Shown here in pieces: positions 52,608 through 63,940 of a DNA stretch of 63,940 bases (position 1 is its first letter; each line of letters opens with the position of its first letter). The stretch is from Octopus bimaculoides. Taxonomy: Eukaryota. Under the pieces are notes generated by a model. That model was not told the DNA's origin and made no database searches. It saw nothing but the letters and a program-made list of their open reading frames with translations. The translations under genes and the position numbers were made by a program. Where the stretch lies: contig NC_068989.1 of the NCBI RefSeq assembly GCF_001194135.2, positions 79,673,361-79,737,300 on the forward strand, written 5' to 3'.

Positions 52608-52997
52608 CTGTTCAAAAAAATTCCAACTCTGTGTATTTTTTATGTTTTATTTATATTCTTATAAAACTAATGTAGGATATAGAATATGGAATATATAGTA
52701 TATATGGTAAAAGGAAATGAAGTATTGAACGTCTTATTGAATAAATGAAGTATTGAATATTAAGTATTAAAGGACTAGTATACTTTCTTGCTTTCTCGCT
52801 GTCTTCAGGGTCCCATGTGACAGGAAACACAGTTGAAACATTCCTGTCACATGGGACGTTGAAGACAGCGAGAAAGCAAGAAAATATATTAGTCCTTTAA
52901 TAGTTATTATTGAATATTTCATTTATTCAATAAGACATTCAATACTTCATTTCCTTTTACTAAATATAGTATATATTCCATATTCTATATCCTACAT
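52606..52997. mobile_element. Palindromic MITE-like element
   Basis: 52670-52826 is the imperfect reverse complement of 52841-52997 with a 14-nt loop (core GTCCCATGTGACAGGAA / TTCCTGTCACATGGGAC). The outer right arm is missing; a second partial copy lies at 20365. Confidence 0.88.
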
Positions 52998-53356
52998 GGA
53001 CAGATAGATATATATATATAGTTCTATTTGAGAACCGCAATCTAAATTCATGCTAATCAATAACAAACACAACCGTACATTTGCTTTCTATCTCGGCACA
53101 TTGTTCATGTTTAATCACCTAAGCAAGTCTTCAGTCCAGCAAAAATATTTCGTATAATCGTTCAACATCCTAGTTTCTTTGAAGTCTTTACTACGGTTCC
53201 ATCAACAGTCTTTCCGTGCAGTTTATACGTCTTTATTTTTGCTTATTGTGTACCAATCATCACTTCGTAGAATAATCCATTGTATCCGTAGATAAAGCTC
53301 TTGCATCTACCTTCCATACCCGATCTCATCATACAATTCTATTGTATCTTGCTAAC

Positions 53357-53427
53357 CAATAAGAACACCATTCCACAGTATTTTTGGAACCTCATGTTTA
53401 CCCAATAATTCTCCTTCGACAACAACT
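53357..53427 (-). CDS. Candidate internal coding exon, product unknown
   Basis: Acceptor atctgttaatttgaatttttatAG, donor TTG|gttagc, open frame VVVEGELLGKHEVPKILWNGVLI. Confidence 0.22.
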
Positions 53428-54900
53428 CTATAAAAATTCAAATTAACAGATAAATTGATTCAGAAAAAAAACCCCGTAACTTTCATTTGGTTTTTCATCG
53501 GTTCGTATTTAATCGATTGTAAAGAACATATTAAACGGAGACGTGAGTGTTTATGTCGAAATCTAAATCTAACGACAGTCTTCATCTCATTGGAACTAGC
53601 ATACGGAAAGTTAACCAATTATAATAAATATGCGTAGATTCTACAGCTAACATCTGTGGTTGGCCACAAAGGCTGAACCCTTCACCCACATGATTAACAG
53701 GAGAAGCTTTTTAATATACAATCTCATACTATCTCATACTATCTGCATCACGTATGCTGGTCATATGTTTATTACGATAGATACAGACAAAAATGACCTA
53801 TCGACTTAAAAAATATCTTGTTAAAAGTTCCGTCCTTACATTTATGTAAGGACGATTGTAGTATAATAGTATTACAGCTCTAGTATAATAGTCATGACTT
53901 AACGACCTTCCATTCTTAGATATAAATGTTGGAATGAGAAATATCAGAGGCAACAGCACCGTATGCAGGGAAAACGCATAAGCGTATATATACACATTGA
54001 TAATGTTCGTCCCCATAGGTATAATGGTATAATATATATCTGTAGTCGAATTACAGCGTATGACACTGGACTATAGTGACTACTTTGTTGCATATACTCA
54101 CTCATTGCTATTGTGATACTCAAATAACTACTACGTTTATTTCTTGAAAATCCAGGACAAAATCTTTATAGAAAGAAAATTGAAATTCTATTCATCGATT
54201 AGCTCAATTTCCTGTCTTAAGTGCCCAGGGAACAAACATTCTCCTCGCAGCATGTGCCATGTCAATATACATAAAACACTGGCACAATTGATTGTTTGTG
54301 TACAAAAGCTTCCATTTGCTTTAAGCTATCTTAAGGCCTTCATTTCATTTTATTATACGCGGCAAGTGTTTATGTTGAAATTTTATGAACGTACCTTCTT
54401 TCTTTTTATCACTTTGATATGCATCAAGTCTTTCTTCTCGAGATTTTCTTCACCCATACCTCACTTCACACATTTACTTTGAAACAAAAGTTATAGTATT
54501 GTATTGTAATTTTATGAATAACAAGTGAGAAGTTGAGTGATTAATATATTAGCTTCAGGAATATAAAGTTAGAATTTCAGTATTATAATTTTGCTGTCAA
54601 AGCCGTTAACTATACATGCAGCTGAATCGTCGGGTAAAAATGGAGTAATCATTACTTAATGCTGGGAACGTGAAAGAAGTTTAAGAGAAATGAATGATTT
54701 TATTTGGCAGTGAAACGTTTTTATTCATTTAACGAACACTGTTAAAAATATAAATATATATATTAAAAGAAATAACGAAGGCCGAAAATCGCAAGTTCCA
54801 TTTGGTTGCGCCAAATATAATGAGCAATATGTTAGGAGATTAATATATGTTTCTGAATATGTTCAGTGAAAAAGTAACATACGAGTTATTAGTATTGCCA

Positions 54901-54938
<38 letters not shown>

Positions 54939-55610
54939 CGTGTATGCGTGTGAGCATGTGTGTGCGAGCGTGTCTGTGTGTATGTGTCTGTCTTTCTGTG
55001 TGTGTGTATGTGTGTGCGTTTTCGCGCGTGCTCAAGATAAACCGGCAGAATTGTTAGCGCGTCGGACAAATTATTTAGCGGTATCCCTTCTGACTCATAA
55101 CACTCAGATTTCAAATTCCACCGAGATCGAATTTACCTTTCATGCTTTCGGACTCCATAAAATGAGGGTTAGTGGAGCACTGAGAGTCGATGTAATGGAC
55201 TCACCCATGCTCTTATGGGTTATTCATGCAAAAACTTTCGTAGCCCCAGCATGACCGCAGCTTTGGAGCTGAAACATTTTTAAATAGTTAAAATAGTTTA
55301 TGAGCTAAAATTTGAAACCGTTAATCTAGCATATATGGCATCAAAAACAGATTCATTGATGTAGCAGGTGACATATTGTTGACTTGTATAGATATTAATG
55401 TATTGATCCAAAGAGATAACTATTGTTACTATATAATTCCAGGTCGTATCTGAACAAGGAAACCTATGATAAAAAAAATCGCATACGTGACTGTCTAGTC
55501 TTTTTTGTAATGTTATTTGTTTCCTTACACAGTATGTCAACGATCTTCTATGTCGTTTACTTTAATACTGTTGATGTGATTGGCCGCTATTTCTAGGAAA
55601 TGGAACGACA

Positions 55611-55877
55611 ACATTCAGGTATCGTATTTCTCTGGATTCCGAGATGATAGTTCATTGGATTATTTGAAGTCTGAACTGAGAGAGAGAGGAGGAAAGAGAG
55701 AGAGAGTGAGGGGGGAGACAGTCCATAACTGCAATTAGTTGAATTCATAGAGTGCATTATCATAGAACGTTTTTTATTCACTGACATTCAGGCATCTTAT
55801 TTGTCTGGATTCCGAGATCGTAGTTCATTGGATTATTTGAAGTCTGAACTGAGAGAGAGGGGGNNNNNNNNNNNNNN

Positions 55878-55915
<38 letters not shown>

Positions 55916-55986
55916 GAGAGACAGTCCATAACTGCTATTGGTTAAGTTCATAGAGTGCAGGATTATAGAACATTTGTTATTCACTG
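55611..55986. repeat. Two-unit tandem duplication with internal (GA)n tract
   Basis: Units 55611-55783 and 55784-55986 share CTGGATTCCGAGAT..TAGTTCATTGGATTATTTGAAGTCTGAACTGAGAGAG and GACAGTCCATAACTGC. Confidence 0.92.
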
Positions 55987-56104
55987 AACTGAGAGAATAA
56001 CGGAACTGAGAGAATAACGGAACTGAGAGAATAACGGAACTGAGAGAATAACGGAACTGAGAGAATAACGGAACTGAGAGAATAACGGAACTGAGAGAAT
56101 AACG
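55987..56104. repeat. 17-bp minisatellite (AACTGAGAGAATAACGG) x7
   Basis: Six perfect copies plus one lacking the last base. Confidence 0.97.
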
Positions 56105-57772
56105 CACCGAAATTGGAAATCAAACGCATTCAGGATTGGTGTGACATTATTCTAGCAAGTTTGGTTCCTGTTTCTTTTAATCCTTTAATGAAGAAGATCA
56201 GACGGTATCCATGACTATTTAGAGTGTCTCTTGGACAGATTGGAGGAGGGTATCTTCACATCGCTAGAGTCCTTGCAGAAGAGAGTATTCTGCTAATGGC
56301 ACCCAAAGTACCTTATGGTTCTGGCTATCAGACTGGGTGGTAGTTTATGTCTAACGGCCATATAAGCCATGATGGGATTTAAACATAAACCGGAGAAGCG
56401 ATGCAACATAGGCAAAGATTTAAATGCCCGTTACTCATAATTTCTAAGAGTATTCAAACATCGGTGCTTTCATAGATTTCGGTGGCTTTCAGTAGATAAG
56501 TACAACTTGGAGAGAACGATAGTCTATCGCATTATCATATTAGACTACACACTCACAAAAGCACACGCCACACACTCGCATGTATGCACACGCATACATC
56601 ACACGCACTCACGTACACAAAAACACATACATTGGTCTTTCCTAGTTCGCCGTGTCTAATGTTCGAATTAAAATAGAATGTTTAAATGTTCATATAGCTG
56701 TACCTGAAAAGAATAGGCTAGCTGGGAAAGTATATTAGTCGTTTTCATCGTCGGTTCTAATAAGGAATAATAGTGAGTTATTATTCTTGTGGAAACTAAC
56801 TCAGTACCTCGCAAGATATGACGTAAACTAACGCATATGAGCTTGATACAAGATAAGTCAAAGAAAGATAACTTCCTGTTAATTTTGTAAATCGCGGTAA
56901 TGAATATTAAACTGATTTTCATATAATTCATTTTCGTATAATAAATTGGAATCATGTTGCTGTTTAGCATACATTAGCAAAGTTAGTAGAGGTATGATCA
57001 AGCGCCTTCTATCCATGACTATTCCATTTATTTACTCCCGTCTTAGTGCTGCCAAGATGACATTAAGCAGCGTTACCTTCTTTTATTTCGTTATATAACA
57101 ATTTGAAATGATTTATTTGTTATTTCTAACAGCTAAGTCTTGTGCTTAAAATGGATTTGTTTCTAATATAAACAACATATAATTATAAACGACAATCATT
57201 GCTTACCTTGTGAGCTGTATTAGTGAATTTACACTTCATTGTAGGAAATACACAGGCAGTTTTTTTAGATAGTAAATAGCTACAAAATAACATGTCTCCA
57301 ATCGATAAATCTTAATTTTCTGGTTTGTGCGATAGCATTCATTTCTATTAAATGAGTTTGCTAAGGTGATTCTATTCACACGCATCTTCATTTTGTAATG
57401 ACACTTTATGTCTGGTGACATCCCATGGATCACTTAAAAGCAATAAATATTGTTGCAAATCTTAAGGAACTATCTCTAAACTTCATGAAAATTAATTCAT
57501 CACTGAATAAACATGCGATAATAAATTAATATTAGTGAGGACACTAAGGAATGACGAAACTTTTATTTTTTCACTTCTTAATGGAGTGTAAAGCAATTGC
57601 ATAAGTACAATAGTTTGTTCAACAGCTGGGTTTTCTCATGCTTTATAGAAGTATATGGAATATGGGGTCAAAAGTAATACCAGTCGTCACTAGAATAGTA
57701 GGACTCATAAAGAAAGGAATTGAAAAATTTAACAACCGTACCCCGAACGATATTAATACTTAAGCAGCGGAG

Positions 57773-58470
57773 GGCGGTGGGCTGGCAGAAACGTTAGGAC
57801 GCCGGGCGAAATGCTTAGCGGTATTTCGTCTGCTGTGACGTTCTGAGTTCAAATTCCGCCGAGGTTGACTTTGCTTTTAATCCTTTCGGGGTCGATAAAT
57901 TAAGTACCAGCTGCGTACTGGGGATCAGTCTAATCGACTGGCCTCCTCACCAAAACATTTCGGACGTTGTGCCTAGAGTAAAAAAGATTATTTAAGTGGC
58001 CCAGGGTGGCGAGCTGGCAGAAACGTTAGCACCCCGGGCGAAAGGCTTAGCGGTATTTCGTATGCGTTACGTTCTGAGTTCAAATTTCGCCGAGGTCGAC
58101 TTTGCCTTTTATCCTTTCGGGGTCGATTAAATAAGTACCAGTTACGCATTGGAGTCGATGTAATCAACTTAATCCGTTTGTCTGTCCTTGTGTGTCCCCT
58201 CTATGTTTAGTCCCCTGTGAACAATAAAGAAATAAATATTTAAGCAGCCCCAAAGCGGAGAGCTGGCAGGATCGTTACGCGCCAGGAAAATTCTTAACGG
58301 CTTTTTACCCAACTTTATGTTCTCGGTTCAAATCCTACTGACGTTTACTTTGCCTCTCATCCTTTCTGGGTCGATGAAATAAGAGCGAATTAATCACTGG
58401 AGTCGATGTAATAGACTTACCCGCTCCTTTGAAAGTGCTGGCCTTGTGCCCAAAATTTGAAATCAATATT
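57773..58470 (+). mobile_element. Three head-to-tail family B SINEs with three different 3' tails
   Basis: Copies at about 57773-57990, 58005-58240 and 58253-58470, separated and flanked by a recurring TA(C/T)TTAAG(C/T)(A/G)GC(C/G) motif. Confidence 0.92.
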
Positions 58471-59122
58471 TAAGCAGCCCACAAGAATGCACTACTTGGA
58501 ACAACAGTGCATATACTACAGAGTGTGTGCTCAATGATTGGCAGCTTGCTTGTGGGGTTATCGTTTAGATCTGCCCTAACATAATACAAAACACTAACTA
58601 CAAAAATAACAACAGTTACAATAATGGTTTCTGATTTAGTCACAAGAGCAACTGTTTTAAGTTACTGGATAAGTCGATAACATTTGTCCCCAGTACTTGA
58701 CTGGTACTTTATTTTATCAACCCCGACAGAATAACAGGTAAAGTTGACCTCGGCTGGATATGAATTCAGAACCCCCCCACCAAAAAAAATAAATAAATAA
58801 AAAATAGGATGAAATTGCGTGCTGGTATTTAGATTGATGCATAAATACATCAATGGTTGTTTCTAAAATAGGCATAAGGCATTGTGGTGAAGGAGTTAGT
58901 TCATTACAAAAATCTCAATAAATGACTGCTGTATTATCGTTTCGTTACCGGAAGAAAACTCCGCATAGTTGAGCTCGGCGAGATTTGAACTCAAAACTGC
59001 ACAAATCATTTTGTAGGAGAAGATTGATTCGATCCATTCCTACAATAATTCTCCAAACTCAAAAAGCTTTCCAATAATAAATTGCATATTATTTATTCCT
59101 AAACTAATGTTAATTTTACAAG

Positions 59123-59289
59123 AGAAATTACTGCATATAAAATCCCTGAAATCCCAACATCATACAGTATGGGTAACGAGATTTCGCCTTTGATCAGCTG
59201 GATTACATCCAAAATACCTAACTTATGTATAATTATGATCAAGCGAGTATATAACAATTTATGCTCAATGCAAGATAAATTCAGAAATG
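59123..59289 (+). CDS. Candidate internal coding exon, product unknown
   Basis: Branch-like CTAAT, acceptor ttaattttacaAG, strong donor ATG|gtgagc. 55 open codons EITAYKIPEIPTSYSMGNEISPLISWITSKIPNLCIIMIKRVYNNLCSMQDKFRN. Confidence 0.3.
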
Positions 59290-59769
59290 GTGAGCAGTTA
59301 CATATTCATTGTTAATCATACATGTGTCAACTATCATCAGTAAAAATAAGCCAAATAACATAACAGATGGCAATTTAATGAGAACTGTACATAATTAAAA
59401 TACAAAATATTCAGATTGAAAATCTTGCTTCAGGTTGAGTCAAATATTCAATATAATAACATAAAAAACACTAAGTTAATGGCTTATATTACGTTTTATC
59501 GGTAATGCAATGTCTACGCATAATCAACCTACTTCATTTAATGGCGTAATTTTTTAGCATATACTTATTTGCATACATAGGCATCAGAGAGAAAACAGGC
59601 ACACGCACATATATATTTTATTAAAAACATGCCTATGATCTGTTTTATTAAGTATTTTTCATATTTCGTCATTGATCTTTTATGCTTTGTTTGAAAAAAA
59701 TAGCGTTCCTAAATCCATTTATTCACTAAGGTTTTACAATTTTACTGATATTATCACAGAATGAACTGA

Positions 59770-60480
59770 TGGTAATTAGAGAATGTTGTTCGCGCGCTTA
59801 ACCGTAGACTTGAAAGGATCGTAGGAAAGAAAAAATAAATAGTAAAATCATCAATGCCATATTTTAAAAATATACAACGGTTACATCAGGGTAGATTTCA
59901 TCAGTTATTTTACGTGTGAGGTATTTACTGATTATTTTGGGTTGATTAAAGCTTAATTTTCTCATTTTTTGTCGAAATCTTCTTAGAATTGTTTGAGTGT
60001 CAACCAATGATATTTTATCTAATTTTATTTCGTGTACTGTAATAAACAGGAAAGTGTCTGACACGCATTTCTGGTGCATTAGTCTGAGTCACGAAGTTTA
60101 CAGCTTTTGGAATTTGTATATTACATTACTTTTCTGAATAGCATTTTGTGGTTGGTTAATTTGCGGTTTCGAATAGGTGATTTAGTAAGATTATTATTTC
60201 TTTATTCTGGTGTTTTTGTAATAAAATGTATCATGAACTTGTGATTCGTTGTGATACATATTATCTTCAATTTTATGAATCGTTTAATGATGTATTTATC
60301 CTTTGAGGAACCATAATGCATTTGTTCCGTGTAGTATATAGGTAATTTGTATATGCTTACTAGTGCTGCATCTGAGTGAATTTGTTGTATTGTTTTTTAG
60401 TTTGATCTACTAATATGTTAGTGTAGCATTATACACTGATGCTTGTTAAACATGTAGGATTTTCTTAAAGCTTCTTTAAT
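59770..60480 (-). mobile_element. Possible old Penelope-like remnant
   Basis: Stop-riddled minus-strand translation loosely resembles a GIY-YIG C-terminus (CNRCIF...FTIYFF). The GCATCTGAG-containing segment at ~60365 recurs at ~51065. Confidence 0.3.
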
Positions 60481-60514
60481 GAACGAAAATTTTAAAGCTC
60501 AACTACACAGGAAT

Positions 60515-60902
60515 TTCTTTTATTCATTTACTTGTTTCAGCGATTTGACTGGAGCACCGCCTTAAGGGATTTAATCGAAGAAATTGATCCCGGAACATAT
60601 TCTTTGTAAGCCTAGTCCTTATTCTACCCGTCGTTTTTGTCGAACCGCTAGGTTACGGGAACAAATACTCAAGCATCGGTTTTCAATCAATGCGTGGGGA
60701 CAAACACAGACACACACATAAATATATACATATATATACAACGGGCTTCTTTCAGTTTCCATCTGCCAAATCCACTCACAAGGCTCTGGTCAGCCCAAGG
60801 CTATGGTTGAAGACACTTGCCCAAGGTGCCACACAATGGGATTTAACCTGGAACCATGTGGTTGAGAAGCAAACTTCTTACCACGCAGTCACGCCTGCGT
60901 CT
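60515..60902 (-). mobile_element. Full-length SINE family A
   Basis: Both conserved halves antisense around a short (CA)/(TA) core. Confidence 0.9.
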
Positions 60903-61222
60903 ACAGATATTTTATACCTACGGGGATAAACATTATCAATGTACATCTGTAAGCATTTGCGGTTTATTTTTCTGCATACGGAGCTACTGTCCGCGTGGTA
61001 TTTCTTATTTCAATATTTATATCTTAAGAATGCAAGAATGCTAAGGCATGAGTTTATGCTAGAGCTGTGTCGGATCATAAATGTAAGGCTCAAATATTTT
61101 TCAAACTATTCTTTAAGTCGATCAGTCGGTATTTGTCGTAATAAACATATGATCAATGTACGGTTATTTATGATCAATGTATGCGTACATTTATTTACAA
61201 GTTTCTTCTACTACTCATACAG

Positions 61223-61244
61223 AACGCCACCAACACGACCCCAG
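61223..61244 (+). CDS. Candidate 22-nt micro-exon
   Basis: Acceptor tttcttctactactcatacAG and donor CAG|gtgggt. All three frames are open; the phase 1-2 reading links 59123-59289 to 63318-63372. Confidence 0.25.
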
Positions 61245-61736
61245 GTGGGTACCCATAAACTACAAGTCCTCCTGTGCTGTTAGATCGAATTGTAAAGAGC
61301 GGAATTTGAACTCACTCGCGCAGGACAACATAAACTTCTCAAGATATTTCTTGGTATAGGAAATCAGTTTACTTTATAATATAATACGCACTTGTTATCC
61401 AATATTATGTTTGTTGCTTCATTCATTGGGACGTTCGAGTAAACGCGTTTGACATACATACTGGAAAATTTACAAAAATTTACTTCTTTTCTAAAGAACT
61501 TTTAGCAATCTATTAGATGGCCGTATTCATGCACTCACACATCCAAACGTACACCGCCCTCCATTATATGTAGGTACATATTCATGTATGTGCTACAGAA
61601 GTGCCAATGTTTCACTGATTACTGAGGTCATAGTATAAGTTAAAATCAGGTATATATATATACATTTATGTGATTGATATATATATACAATCTATATAGC
61701 TACACACACACACATATATATATATATAAGTATACC

Positions 61737-61811
<75 letters not shown>

Positions 61812-61869
61812 GTATGCATGTATTCAATTTTTCATGATTCAGATGGCTTCTTCTTTTCTTCTTCGTCTT

Positions 61870-61872
<3 letters not shown>

Positions 61873-61916
<44 letters not shown>

Positions 61917-62190
61917 CATATGAAAACTCACAGCTTATTTTGCTGGATATGACGGAAAGTGTCACCTGTCCACAGCAAGCAGAACTAAGCTGACACTTGT
62001 TTAACTGGTCATGCTTCAAGAACCCTGCGAAGAATTCTTGCAGTTCCAAGCAATGCTGATTGTTAGCCATGCTTGTAGCTGAGTGCCGATACTTCCAAAT
62101 GCACCAATTACTATTGGCACCACGTCTACGCCATTCATTGACCATAACCTTCGTATTTCTCACTCTAAATCGTCGTAGTTGTCTTTTTTT
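61873..62190 (-). mobile_element. Dong/R4-clade LINE 3' end in a (TAA)n context
   Basis: Minus strand NYDDLE*EIRRLWSMNGVDVVPIVIGAFGSI and LGTARILRRVLEA-stop (stop at 62009-62011) match the restriction-like endonuclease end of Dong/R4 ORFs. (TAA)n lies at 61873-61915 and a degenerate TAA repeat at ~62213-62246. Confidence 0.88.
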
Positions 62191-63317
62191 CTTCTTCTTT
62201 CACATTAATCATGTTGTTATTATCATTAATATTATCATTATTATTACTTTTGTTGTTTAACTATTATAGTATCATGACAGCCATGTAATGTAATTACAAG
62301 GCTAGAATGGTACGTCATCATTCAACCATGTCGGAAGATTGGTGAATTTACCTGTTCATATTCAGCATGACACTATTTAGTAACAACATTAATAGGCTGT
62401 CATAAGACTATGATATCATACGATAACACACACTTACACACACACACACACACACATGTATGCATACTTGCATAGGCAATACTTATATAAATATATGTAT
62501 ATTACATATGTGTGTGTATATGTGTTTGTATGTACTTGGAATTCTTATATATGTATTTTGTATTTTGAATTTTTCTATATGGGGACTCTATTACACATAT
62601 TTGATATTTCCTTTAACGAAATTCAAGCTTTGGAACCAGTAAAAGAGTGGACATATACTATGTCATTGAAATGACAAATTTACAAGATTAATAAGTAATA
62701 TCTATGTTCACTGAACTGTAAAACCAGAACATGAAGTAATTTACGATGACTTCAAAATAGTTTGATAGTCTCCTACAATATATCATTCATGAAAAAACAG
62801 GAAAACACGTATTAATAGTCAAAACTTAAGTATTAATACTCAAAGTAGTGCTAGCGTAATTTTTTTAGACGCAGTTGTGTTTTTTTAATTTTCTGGACAA
62901 CGAAGAGAACTGTAATCAAATAGTATTCCAGTTCTGCCTAAATAGCTGTTGATGATGGTATAGAGGACTACATCATGGGCGTAACATTTCGTTCCTAAGA
63001 GCGTTGTGTATGTTTTTTAGAGAAATGTGGTCGCTTTTTCTAACTGGCCGAACATCCACATAGAAGCTGCCTTGTTCGCTAGAAGTATTATGATGTTAGT
63101 TTCAAATACTATTTTCCGTTATATAGGGAATATGTGTTGTAATTTGTTGATCCATTAACTAGTAATATAATTAAGATACCGATGAAAATTAATGATGACT
63201 TAATTTTACGCATAGTTGCCGAAATTATTATCGTTTACTTGCGGCAGAAATGCAAGAATTTCGGGAAATAATATTATCCACATAAATGTCTTTTCATCTT
63301 AATCATCTCTTACAAAG

Positions 63318-63372
63318 ATACGATCTTAAACTAGAGAATTTAACATTGAGTGCTACGGCTTTGCAGTTTGAG
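63318..63372 (+). CDS. Candidate internal exon with LRR-like motif
   Basis: Acceptor gtcttttcatcttaatcatctcttacaaAG and donor GAG|gtaatt. Open frame YDLKLENLTLSATALQFE; LENLTLSATAL fits LxxLxLxx[N/C/T]xL. Confidence 0.33.
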
Positions 63373-63451
63373 GTAATTTGAGAGATACGGTGTGAGTGGC
63401 AGCGTCATTAGTGTAACACAAAAGCTCCCCTGTGATACATAGACTCGAGCA

Positions 63452-63506
<55 letters not shown>

Positions 63507-63789
63507 ATGTATATATGTATGTATATGTATATAAATGTGTGTGTATGTGTGTATTTGTGTGTATGTGAATCTGTGTGTATATAGATATGTAACTTAAATA
63601 ACTTACATAACTTTGATATGATTCTATATTTAAGAGATCAGAAGTTATGTAAATAATGTGAATAATGACATTTGATATGTTTCGACCAAAGATCCAGGCT
63701 AACTTAATAGCACCAACTGACAGGATTTGCTAAATCTTTTTTTAAGTCAAGTTTTGTACTATCATGTCCCATTCTTGTTGAGTGAGTTG

Positions 63790-63875
63790 TGTGTGTGTAT
63801 GCATATACATACATATACATATACACATACACACACACACACACATATATATATACATATATATGTACACACACG

Positions 63876-63940
<65 letters not shown>
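63790..63940. repeat. Compound (TG)/(CATA)/(CA)/(TA) microsatellite
   Basis: Directly visible. Similar compound microsatellites occur at about 1770-1955, 2315-2520, 14455-14520, 25507-25568, 32500-32578, 50185-50250 and 61700-61815. Confidence 0.95.

Larger units (their letters stand above)
1340..55877. other. Eleven assembly gaps (N runs)
   Basis: About 1340-1705, 11056-11099, 12870-13192, 14065-14454, 22649-23080, 25569-25668, 31250-31356, 46033-46507, 47216-47622, 49382-49796 and 55864-55877. Confidence 0.98.

Noticed and set aside
55987-56104. 17-bp array as a CRISPR
   Set aside because: The repeats are contiguous with no spacers, there are no cas genes, and the context is eukaryotic.
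56105-56340. Possible second R4/Dong-like remnant on the + strand (KLEIKRIQDW...)
   Set aside because: The resemblance is too weak; the diagnostic VVPxVxGALG and LGTAxIL motifs are absent.
61666-62163. 165-aa ORF with poly-Asn
   Set aside because: It is an off-frame reading of the Dong/R4 remnant plus its (TAA)n repeat and adjacent microsatellites.
1-63940. Prokaryotic features (operons, sigma promoters, rho-independent terminators, phage or defence systems), rRNA, snRNA and telomeric arrays
   Set aside because: Coding density is near zero, the repeats are metazoan, and no such sequence was seen on either strand.

Overview
AT-rich eukaryotic genomic DNA from a gapped draft assembly, with 11 N-gaps, nearly all abutting microsatellites. 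The tRNA-derived SINE families and the density of (TA)n/(CA)n/(GA)n/(TATG)n repeats point to an octopod cephalopod (Octopus sp.). That is recognition by eye, not a database result. The window is mostly intronic/intergenic repeat. It holds four SINE families, two mariner elements with TIRs and TA target duplications, a Tc1-like remnant and a pogo-type MITE. It also holds several long palindromic/foldback elements, a both-ends-intact non-autonomous Helitron carrying a Pif1-helicase fragment, 3' remnants of L1/Tx1, Dong/R4 and RTE LINEs, weak Penelope-like remnants and a decayed tRNA-Asp. No intact, nameable host gene is visible. About ten short splice-bounded open segments (mostly + strand; two fit the LRR consensus, two more only weakly) may be exons of a large-intron gene, but this is low confidence. 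I found no clearly new biological system. The best leads are (i) the possible dispersed LRR-type gene, (ii) a three-armed foldback element at 28.3-29.2 kb, (iii) SINEs with different 3' tails stacked at one regenerated target site, and (iv) a nested micro/mini/tandem repeat at 55.6-56.1 kb. Boundaries of degenerate repeats are approximate.
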